This document shows, piece after piece, positions 1 through 6,200 of a stretch of 6,200 nt of DNA; positions within the stretch are counted from its first letter, which is position 1, and each line of letters starts with the position of its first letter. Below the pieces are notes generated by a model that searched no databases, was not told the origin of the DNA, and saw only the letters and a program-made list of their open reading frames with translations. The DNA lies in the IMG/VR virus record IMGVR_UViG_2737471864_000003. One strand, written 5' to 3'. This DNA comes from a virus. Taxonomy: Duplodnaviria; Heunggongvirae; Uroviricota; Caudoviricetes. A program made the position numbers and the translations under genes.

Positions 1-337
1 TAAGTTGGCAGCATCACCAGCCTTCTTGAGGCTACCACCTGTTTTCAGGTGTCATTCAGACGTGATTTGCCCCAGATTGGGAAAGCACGCTTTTTTCTCA
101 GCTATCGTCCTCTTATTTTGCCGTTACATTTCTTTTTGCACTCTAATGATTAATTTACAATAATAATATCGGTAATTATTGAGTAATAATAAATTGATTA
201 TTGCAAATGTAATTTAATTCCATCTTCGCGTTATATTCCAATCTTTAATCTCCGCATGGAACAAGTTGCATGCGTGACTATATTAAGACAACTTATAACC
301 ACCAAAACATTTGCTTTGCAAGCAAAAACAGTGACCA

Positions 338-366
338 TTGACTCTAAGAAAATTCCGATCTATTGT
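338..366 (+). promoter_or_regulatory. Candidate sigma70 promoter: -35 TTGACT (338-343), 17-bp spacer, -10 TATTGT (361-366)
   Basis: Motif match only, with correct spacing, in an AT-rich context where chance matches are common. It would start a plus-strand transcript near 373 that covers the small ORF at 401-502 and could end at the 652-681 terminator (about 310 nt). Confidence 0.25.
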
Positions 367-400
367 TAGGGTCATCAAAGTTACTTAACAGTATTCCGAA

Positions 401-502
401 ATGAAAATACAAAGCAAGCTAATTGTCTTATTAAACATTATTATTGCATTTATATTATTTGAGCTTTTAGCTCAAAAATTTGGTTTGAGTACATTATTTT
501 AA
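401..502 (+). CDS. Hypothetical small hydrophobic protein, 33 aa (MKIQSKLIVLLNIIIAFILFELLAQKFGLSTLF); possible small membrane protein; speculative
   Basis: ATG at 401 and TAA at 500-502, with an in-frame upstream stop at 386-388. A charged N-terminus is followed by about 18 hydrophobic residues. There is no convincing Shine-Dalgarno, and AT-rich DNA yields hydrophobic ORFs by chance. Below the ORF-track size cutoff. Confidence 0.15.
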   Translation: MKIQSKLIVLLNIIIAFILFELLAQKFGLSTLF

Positions 503-651
503 AGCAAGATAAACAATATCGGGCACTCTAGTTTTTATAATTAACAATTAAACGTCCATAAAATGTTATTTACTTTTCTTCGCTATTGTTATATCTTAAT
601 ATAGTGGCTTACGCCACTCTACTTTCATCACATTTTGTACGTTTATGTATT

Positions 652-681
652 CGCCATGAAGCTCTTTCATGGCGATTTTTT
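652..681 (+). terminator. Rho-independent terminator, plus-strand orientation
   Basis: A perfect 9-bp stem, cgccatgaa (652-660) pairing with ttcatggcg (666-674), a 5-nt loop gctct, then a (675) and tttttt (676-681). On the minus strand the hairpin is followed by AATACATAAACG, so it is a poor minus-strand terminator. Confidence 0.6.
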
Positions 682-767
682 ATTCTTAATCCAAGAACAT
701 ACTCCCTACCTATAGAAAAATCACTTTTTTAACAAAAGAATAACGTATTTAGGTAATCATTACGAAT

Positions 768-1349
768 TTACCCTATAGGTGCTACTGGCCATTCAATATC
801 CTGTGCAGTTGACGTATCAACACGGTTCAGCAATACCCGATACTTTTTCCATGCTTCCAGCAACGAGATTTCTTCCTCCGTTGCAATTTCCAGATCTGCA
901 GCATCCTGAAGCGGCGCAATATGCTCACTGGCTACCTGCATCAGGTTGTTTTTTGTTTCTTCCGCCTCCCGGATCCGGAACAGTTTTTCTGCTTCCGTAT
1001 CCTTCACCCAGGCTGTGCCGTTCCACTTCTGAAACTCCCCTTCCGGCGATAACCAGGTAACATTTTCCGGTAACGGACCGAGTTCAGAAATAAATAACGC
1101 GTCGCCGGAAGCCACGTCATAAACCGTTTTACCCCGATGATCTTCAACGAGATGCCACGATGACTCATCACTGTTGAAAACAGCCACGAAGCCAGCCGGA
1201 ATATCTGGCGGTGCAATATCGGTACTGTTTGCTGGCAGACCTGTATGAGGCGGAATATATGCATCACCTTCACCAATAAATTCATTAGTTCCGGCCAGCA
1301 GATTATAAATTTTTATGGTCCGTGGTTGTTCACTCATTCTGAATGCCAT
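768..1349 (-). CDS. tfa: Tail fibre assembly protein / chaperone (lambda Tfa-like), apparently intact
   Basis: The 193-aa [47 protein letters not shown]... is near-identical to lambda Tfa (about 194 aa) as I recall it. The ATG at 1349..1347 overlaps the stf stop TAA at 1351..1349 (TAATG on the coding strand). Confidence 0.93.
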   Translation of the reverse strand: MAFRMSEQPRTIKIYNLLAGTNEFIGEGDAYIPPHTGLPANSTDIAPPDIPAGFVAVFNSDESSWHLVEDHRGKTVYDVASGDALFISELGPLPENVTWLSPEGEFQKWNGTAWVKDTEAEKLFRIREAEETKNNLMQVASEHIAPLQDAADLEIATEEEISLLEAWKKYRVLLNRVDTSTAQDIEWPVAPIG

Positions 1350-4300
1350 TATGCAAGCCTCACAATATAGTTAAATGCGATGTTTTTGACGGTGTTTTCC
1401 GCGTTACCAGCAGCGTTAACGGTGATGGTGTGTCCATGTGAACCAATCGCAACGGAGTGCGTATGAGCACCAATACCGACAGTATGTGCATGTGCGCCTG
1501 CGCTTGCAGCAGTGCCGGACAGCGAGTGGGTATGAGCACCATCTGATGATGTCTTCCCTGCATTACGAGTCTGGCCACTACCGCTTGTTGTGCTCATAAT
1601 CCCCGCGCTTAGATTTGAAATCGCGGTATAACCATTAGGGAAAATGCTCGTGTTCGTGCCACCAAATGCACCGGAACTCTTGTGTTGGTGCGCACCGGCA
1701 CTATTTGCGGTCCCGCTAATACTATGGGTATGCGCCCCGGTGTTATTCGTGGATTTGGTTCCGTAATCAAACGACGATGTGGTTTTCGTCCCCAAATCCG
1801 TACTGGATGCGCTGGCGCTGTGGGTATGCGATTTAATGCCGTCCTGTTCCTGAGACAATACGGCCCGACCACTGGCAGGTTTGCCCTTAATCGTCCAGCC
1901 ACGCATATCAGGGATCACGCCTGACGGATAAGCGGCTGCAAGTTTCGGGTAGGCAGATTTGTCAAAAGTCTGCCCCTGCATCAGGGCATAACCAGACGGA
2001 ACGGTATCTGATGGCCACGGGATTGGTGCGCCGACTGGGTAGCTTTCTGGTGGAAGATTTTTCGAGGTATAAACTTCTGCCCAGTCTTCCTCAAAACCAT
2101 AACCGTCTCTTGAAGAACGGTAGAACAGACCACCATTTCTGTAATGCGCCTTCATCTGCAGGGTCCGGCAACTTCCGACTCCGGTATAGAAGTTAACCAG
2201 AATATAGCTGTTGCCAGAGCGGGTGACATTGTAAGCGCCTGATTCGGCATTCCAGGGAACGCCACCATCCGCATCGGCATATGTATCCGTTGCCCTTCTG
2301 GCAAAAGCAGCCACATGCGCGGCGGTTAAAGTAATATCTTTGGAACCATCAAACTCAACACCAGAAACCAGTCTTGGCGTTTGCAGCTTTGTTGCTGTCA
2401 ATGCGTTACCGTTCAGACTTGCAGACAGTTTGGTTCCAATAACCAGTTCGCCGGTTGCGTTATCAATAACAAACGGTCTTAATGTATTCCATCCACCATA
2501 AACATCACCTTGATTGGTAAGCAGCAGGTAAGTTTTAGCGCCATCATTACGCCATAATGCACCATACTCCCCACCTATCATTCGAATCTGATTACCACCA
2601 CGCGCTACAATTTCGTCTGTGGCAAAAAGTTTTTTGCACGACAAGTTATCGTTAACGATTAACGAATGGGACTCATAAAAACCACGCCCACTCTTAAAAT
2701 CAAGGATAACGTCCGCCGCGATACATTCAGTCGCTGGATTTGTTGCCCCAAACTTATAGGTCGTATCATTAACAACGAGATCAGCACCAGGTGCGGATAT
2801 TGACAGGCCATCTTCGATGAACGCAAAAACAGGGAAAGCAGCGCCATCAACATAGAACACAGAGCGCAAATCATCGCCCTTATTACTCATCATTATTGAG
2901 TGGATGGCTCGTTCATTGTTTTGATATTGCCAGAACATTCCATAAGCATAACGCCCCCTGTCAGTCCAGCCACCAGGCATAACAAATCCGTTAAACTCGC
3001 AGTTATTCATCGGATCGCCTGCGGTTCGCGTTGCCGTGGTGATAATGACCCTTGATGCCAGTTCGCTTACTGAGCCAGCAGAACGCATAACAACAACAGG
3101 GTAATATTTTCCAGATGTTGCACCTGCAGGAGCGTTAACCCGCACATAACGCATACCACGCTTATCAGCAAAGTCTGTTTTACTGACCGCGTTAATGTTG
3201 TTCAGGAAGCGTACCTTATCGGGTATATCAGCGCCGTTCTGGTCTTTCTGCAGACGTTTCTCTGCATTGTCATAGGCTGCTTTTACTGCCTTTGGCGTTG
3301 CCGCCAGTGACTCGGAAGTGCTGTTGGTCGCACTGCTGAGCTGTACTATCCCCTTTTTCGTCGTGCTCGCATCCTCAAGCGCCACGGCGGATGCAATATC
3401 CTCTGCCCGTTTTGCCGCTGTCTCAGCGCGCGTTGCTGCGGATTCTGCCGTACTTTTGCTCTGTGCTGCCGCTGTCGCACTGCCAGCAGCCTCTGTCGCC
3501 TTTGTGGATGCCGTCGTGGCGCTGCCCTTCGCTGCTGACGCCTGTCTGGTCGCCTCATCTTTTGAAGCAGACGCCGATGATGCCGATGACGCCGCCGAAC
3601 TGGCGGATGATGCGGCAGCCGTTTTTGAGGATTCTGCGCTGGTTTCCGACGCTTTCGCGTTCGTCTCGGATGTCTTCGCTGCGGAAGCTGACCTCGCTGC
3701 TGCGCTGGCCTGTACAGCGGCTTCGCCAGCATTCGTTGTGGCTGTTGAAGCAGACGATGCAGCACTTTCTGCCGACTTTCCGGCAGCGGTGGCACTGGCT
3801 GAGGCCTGCCCGGCACTTGTTGACGCGGCACTGGCAGATGATGCAGCCGCTGTTTTTGAGCCTGCCGCAGCTGAGGCACTCTGTCCCGCTGCCGTTTCAG
3901 AAGACCTGGCGTTCGTCTCGGACGTCTTTGCCGCCTTCGCGGAATTTCCTGCCGCCGTTGCCGAGGAAGCTGCGCTGCTGGCGCTCGAGGCTGCGCTCGT
4001 TTCTGATGATTTCGCTGCCTCTTTTGAGGCCGCCGCATCCCGGGCTGAGGTGGCAGCTTCTGACGCTTTCGTGGTCGCGGTGGATGCAGAAGTGGCTGCA
4101 GATTTTTGTGACGCTGCCGCATTCGTTTCTGACGTTTTCGCGGCACTGGCACTGGTAGCTGCCGCGCTTTTTGAGGACTCTGCAGCGGCAGCACTTTTTG
4201 ATGCTTCAGTAGCCTTTGTTGATGCCGTTCCTGCGCTGGAAGACGCTGACTGAGCCGACGTCGCGGCCTGCCCGGCTGATGTGCTGGCTGCACGTGCTGA

Positions 4301-4561
4301 GCCTGCAGCATCAGTCGCATGGGTTGCCGCCTCACGGGCTGATGTGCTGGCATCGCTGGCTGACTTCTTCGCGGCTGCTGTGTTCTGCGCCACTGCGGAC
4401 GCGTTACGCGCCACCTCTTCCACCATCAGTTCAAAGCGGCGCAGTGCCTCCGGACGGGCATCATCCTCCGTCATGGCACCGAGAAAATCATTCAGCGTAC
4501 CGGGTTGAGAATCTTCATACACGGTGATGGTCCCGGCATGTGACGGCGGGAAGCGGTTCAT
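1349..4561 (-). CDS. stf: Side tail fibre protein (lambda Stf / E. coli StfR-like), 5'-truncated, 1070 codons from a start codon that lies in terminase-derived sequence
   Basis: The ORF starts [26 protein letters not shown]; in lambda-type Stf the [18 protein letters not shown] segment lies about 60 residues in, as I recall. It has a long Ala/Ser/Thr-rich region with repeated AKTSETNA motifs, a His-x-His-rich C-terminal tip (GAHTHS, GAHQHK, GAHAHT, SHGHT) and ends ...[11 protein letters not shown]. Its stop overlaps the tfa start. Confidence 0.9.
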   Translation of the reverse strand: MNRFPPSHAGTITVYEDSQPGTLNDFLGAMTEDDARPEALRRFELMVEEVARNASAVAQNTAAAKKSASDASTSAREAATHATDAAGSARAASTSAGQAATSAQSASSSAGTASTKATEASKSAAAAESSKSAAATSASAAKTSETNAAASQKSAATSASTATTKASEAATSARDAAASKEAAKSSETSAASSASSAASSATAAGNSAKAAKTSETNARSSETAAGQSASAAAGSKTAAASSASAASTSAGQASASATAAGKSAESAASSASTATTNAGEAAVQASAAARSASAAKTSETNAKASETSAESSKTAAASSASSAASSASSASASKDEATRQASAAKGSATTASTKATEAAGSATAAAQSKSTAESAATRAETAAKRAEDIASAVALEDASTTKKGIVQLSSATNSTSESLAATPKAVKAAYDNAEKRLQKDQNGADIPDKVRFLNNINAVSKTDFADKRGMRYVRVNAPAGATSGKYYPVVVMRSAGSVSELASRVIITTATRTAGDPMNNCEFNGFVMPGGWTDRGRYAYGMFWQYQNNERAIHSIMMSNKGDDLRSVFYVDGAAFPVFAFIEDGLSISAPGADLVVNDTTYKFGATNPATECIAADVILDFKSGRGFYESHSLIVNDNLSCKKLFATDEIVARGGNQIRMIGGEYGALWRNDGAKTYLLLTNQGDVYGGWNTLRPFVIDNATGELVIGTKLSASLNGNALTATKLQTPRLVSGVEFDGSKDITLTAAHVAAFARRATDTYADADGGVPWNAESGAYNVTRSGNSYILVNFYTGVGSCRTLQMKAHYRNGGLFYRSSRDGYGFEEDWAEVYTSKNLPPESYPVGAPIPWPSDTVPSGYALMQGQTFDKSAYPKLAAAYPSGVIPDMRGWTIKGKPASGRAVLSQEQDGIKSHTHSASASSTDLGTKTTSSFDYGTKSTNNTGAHTHSISGTANSAGAHQHKSSGAFGGTNTSIFPNGYTAISNLSAGIMSTTSGSGQTRNAGKTSSDGAHTHSLSGTAASAGAHAHTVGIGAHTHSVAIGSHGHTITVNAAGNAENTVKNIAFNYIVRLA
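3392..4414 (-). repeat. Low-complexity Ala/Ser/Thr-rich imperfect repeat region inside stf (fibre shaft)
   Basis: Stf residues about 50-390 are almost entirely A, S, T, K and E. Three copies of a 24-nt motif encoding AKTSETNA lie at 3656-3679, 3908-3931 and 4118-4141, verified codon by codon. The stop-free, GC-rich composition produces the overlapping alternative-frame ORFs in the track. Confidence 0.7.
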
Positions 4562-6167
4562 CCCCTTCCGGCGTCAGTGTGAAGCGGTTATAAATCTGCT
4601 CTTTCGCGGTATCCGTACCGATTTCGGTAAGGTAAACCCCGTTTTTGTTTCGCTTACGTGGCATGCTGGCCACCGGCTTTCCGTAGACGGATGCCCCTTT
4701 AATGGGGATCACCCGGAACAGCCCATGTTTTTTCGAGCGTTCATACACAATGGTCGGGTCAATCCCGCCAGTATCCCAGCAGATACGGGATATCGACATT
4801 TCTGCACCATTCCGGCGGGTATAGGTTTTATTGATGGCCTCATCCACACGCAGCAGCGTCTGTTCATCGTCGTGGCGGCCCATAATAATCTGCCGATCAA
4901 TCAGCCAGCTTTCCTCACCCGGCCCCCATCCCCATACGCGCATTTCGTAGCGATCCAGCTGGGAGTCGATACCGGCGGTCAGGTAAGCCACACGGTCAGG
5001 AACGGGCGCTGAATAATGCTCTTTCCGCTCTGCCATCACTTCAGCATCCGGACGTTCGCCAATTTTCGCCTCCCACGTCTCACCGAGCGTGGTGTTTACG
5101 AAGGTTTTACGTTTTCCCGTATCCCCTTTCGTTTTCATCCAGTCTTTGACAATCTGCACCCAGGTGGTGAACGGGCTGTACGCTGTCCAGATGTGAAAGG
5201 TCACACTGTCAGGTGGCTCAATCTCTTCACCGCATGACGAAAACCAGAGAATGCCATCACGGGTCCAGATCCCGGTCTTTTCGCAGATATAACGGGCATC
5301 AGTAAAGTCCAGCTCCTGCTGGCGGATGACGCAGGCATTATGCTCGCAGAGATAAAACACGCTGGAGGGGTCATCCGGCGTCCATTTGAGGCCAAACGGC
5401 GTCTCTTTGTCGCCAAATTTAAGATACTGCTCCTCCCCGCAGTGCGGGCAGGCAACATGAAAACGCATAAAATGCGGGGATTCACTGGCTGCACGCTCAA
5501 TCTGGCAGGTGCCTCTCACTTTGGGCGTGGAGCCACGGATGGACTTTGGCCAGACCGAGCCTTCAATACGTTTGTCGCCAAGGAACGTCGGAGAGCCTTC
5601 CTGTTCAATATCCTCATCAAAGGCAGCAAGTTCATCATAACCCGCCACATCCACCGACTTTTCACGGTAGTTTTTTGCCGCTTTACCGCCCAGGCACCAG
5701 AAGCCACGCCCATTAGTGAAACGCTTCATGGTGAGCGTGTTATCCCGGTGCTTTTTGCCATACCACGGGGCCAGCGCCAGCAGCGAAGGAATATCACGGA
5801 TGGTCGGCTCAACGTGGGTTTTCATAAAGTTCTCGGCATCACCATCCGTCGGCAACCAGATAAGTGTGTTGCGCTGCTTATGCTCTATGAAGTAGGCATA
5901 AACACCCAACAGCATTTTGGAATAACCAACACGGGCAGACTTCACCACATTCACCTCGCGGATGTAGTCGCTGCCCATCGCATTCATGATGGCCCGCTGA
6001 AAGGGCAGTGTTTCCCAGCGCCCTTCCTGGTATGCGGATTCTTTCGGGAGATAGTAATTGGCATCCGCCCATTCAACGGCGGTCTGTGGCTCCGGCCTGA
6101 ACAGTGAGCGAAGCCCGGCGCGGACAAAATGCCGCAGCCTGTTAACCTGACTGTTCGATATATTCAC
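4515..6167 (-). CDS. A: Terminase large subunit (lambda gpA-like), 3'-truncated: about 540 codons of terminase followed by 10 out-of-frame codons ([10 protein letters not shown]) read from tail fibre sequence; probably a pseudogene
   Basis: The 550-aa ORF begins [19 protein letters not shown] and contains [11 protein letters not shown] (P-loop-like) and [13 protein letters not shown], matching lambda gpA as I recall it through ...[12 protein letters not shown]. The start codon is GTG (revcomp of cac at 6165-6167). Lambda gpA is about 641 aa, so roughly 100 C-terminal residues are missing. Confidence 0.9.
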   Translation of the reverse strand: MNISNSQVNRLRHFVRAGLRSLFRPEPQTAVEWADANYYLPKESAYQEGRWETLPFQRAIMNAMGSDYIREVNVVKSARVGYSKMLLGVYAYFIEHKQRNTLIWLPTDGDAENFMKTHVEPTIRDIPSLLALAPWYGKKHRDNTLTMKRFTNGRGFWCLGGKAAKNYREKSVDVAGYDELAAFDEDIEQEGSPTFLGDKRIEGSVWPKSIRGSTPKVRGTCQIERAASESPHFMRFHVACPHCGEEQYLKFGDKETPFGLKWTPDDPSSVFYLCEHNACVIRQQELDFTDARYICEKTGIWTRDGILWFSSCGEEIEPPDSVTFHIWTAYSPFTTWVQIVKDWMKTKGDTGKRKTFVNTTLGETWEAKIGERPDAEVMAERKEHYSAPVPDRVAYLTAGIDSQLDRYEMRVWGWGPGEESWLIDRQIIMGRHDDEQTLLRVDEAINKTYTRRNGAEMSISRICWDTGGIDPTIVYERSKKHGLFRVIPIKGASVYGKPVASMPRKRNKNGVYLTEIGTDTAKEQIYNRFTLTPEGDEPLPAVTCRDHHRV

Positions 6168-6200
6168 TCAGCAACCCCGGTATCAGTTCATCCAGCGCGG
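6142..6200 (-). CDS. nu1: Terminase small subunit (lambda Nu1-like), C-terminal fragment only; the 5' end lies beyond the right edge of the window
   Basis: Translating the minus strand in the frame that ends with TAA at 6144..6142 gives ...[18 protein letters not shown], which matches my recollection of the lambda Nu1 C-terminus. It overlaps the start of the large terminase gene by 26 nt, as in lambda. Not in the ORF track because it is partial. Confidence 0.6.
   Translation of the reverse strand, partial: ALDELIPGLLSEYIEQSG

Larger units (their letters stand above)
1..767. other. AT-rich region lacking long ORFs, distal to tfa (possible remnant of the phage nonessential region or a prophage-host junction)
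   Basis: By eye about 25-30% G+C (roughly 23% in 121-180) versus more than 50% in the phage genes. It has long A/T runs and many short inverted repeats, and no ORF of 60 aa or more on either strand. Confidence 0.7.
768..6200 (-). mobile_element. Defective lambdoid prophage segment: terminase genes joined directly to side tail fibre and assembly genes, with the intervening morphogenesis genes deleted
   Basis: Minus-strand gene order is Nu1 C-terminus, gpA-like terminase, Stf-like fibre, Tfa-like chaperone, with lambda-style overlapping gene boundaries. No portal, capsid, tail tube or tape-measure ORFs lie between the terminase and fibre genes. Confidence 0.85.

Noticed and set aside
2-163. 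Stop-free plus-strand frame from the window edge to TAA at 161-163 (possible 3' end of a flanking gene)
   Set aside because: The translation (KLAASPAFLRLPPVFRCHSDVICPRLGKHAFFSAIVLLFCRYISFCTLMINLQ) looks non-protein-like (Phe/Cys/Leu-rich) and runs into the AT-rich tract.
231-369. Small plus-strand ORF 256..369 (37 aa, MEQVACVTILRQL...) and an antisense 35-codon ORF 231..338
   Set aside because: Neither has a ribosome-binding site, they overlap each other and the candidate promoter, and the peptides have no recognisable features. Most likely chance ORFs in AT-rich DNA.
603-616. Small hairpin agtggc-ttac-gccact as a second terminator
   Set aside because: Six-bp stem with no adjacent T-run on either strand; better explained as an incidental inverted repeat.
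779-1285. ORFs overlapping tfa (779..1060 +, 1004..1285 -)
   Set aside because: Antisense or alternative-frame overlaps of the clearly recognisable Tfa-like ORF.
1-1349. Invertible host-range segment (Pin/Gin/Cin-type) downstream of the fibre genes
   Set aside because: No invertase ORF follows tfa, and I found no pair of inverted crossover sites of about 26 bp flanking the fibre tip or tfa.
1352-1850. Diversity-generating retroelement targeting the fibre tip
   Set aside because: No reverse transcriptase ORF and no template-repeat copy of the tip sequence anywhere in the window; the region after tfa is AT-rich and unrelated.
1360-2874. Short ORFs inside the 3' half of stf (1360..1578 -, 1609..1902 -, 1682..1924 +, 2011..2196 +, 2659..2874 -)
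   Set aside because: Alternative-frame or antisense shadows of the fibre coding sequence, with no independent start signals or recognisable protein features.
3318-4353. Three large ORFs in the track (3318..4253 +, 3346..4353 -, 3391..4158 +) overlapping the tail fibre gene
   Set aside because: They lie wholly within the GC-rich, stop-poor repeat region of stf. Their translations are Ala-, Arg/Gln/Pro- or Leu/Pro/Trp-rich nonsense typical of shadow frames, while the stf frame gives a coherent fibre protein from start to tip.
4524-6107. ORFs inside or antisense to the terminase gene (4524..5012 +, 4709..4900 -, 5016..5237 +, 5201..5500 -, 5340..6107 +, 5516..5713 -, 5878..6072 -)
   Set aside because: All are embedded in the well-supported gpA-like frame and are explained as shadow ORFs.
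1-6200. CRISPR array, tRNA, rRNA, insertion sequence or defence-system genes
   Set aside because: No regularly spaced direct repeats, no tRNA-like GC-rich cloverleaf, no transposase-like ORF with terminal inverted repeats, and no ORFs beyond the four phage genes. A near-Chi motif at 14-21 (tcaccagc) is only a 7 of 8 match.

Overview
The window is a piece of a degraded lambda-like (lambdoid) prophage of the kind found in E. coli and relatives, read right to left on the minus strand: the last codons of a Nu1-like small terminase, a large terminase gene (gpA-like) that is cut short, a long side tail fibre gene (Stf-like) that has lost its 5' end, and an intact tail fibre assembly gene (Tfa-like). 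The terminase and tail fibre genes are joined directly at about 4545-4556, so the whole head and tail morphogenesis block that normally lies between them is missing. That deletion junction is the clearest notable feature. The leftmost 767 bp is a very AT-rich stretch with no long ORF; it holds one clear intrinsic terminator on the plus strand, a plausible sigma70 promoter and a 33-codon hydrophobic small ORF, all of which are low-confidence as genes. I do not see a CRISPR array, tRNA, invertase, reverse transcriptase or recognisable defence-system gene, and I cannot support any claim of a novel multi-gene system here. All protein identifications are from my recollection of phage lambda and E. 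coli prophage proteins, not from a database search.
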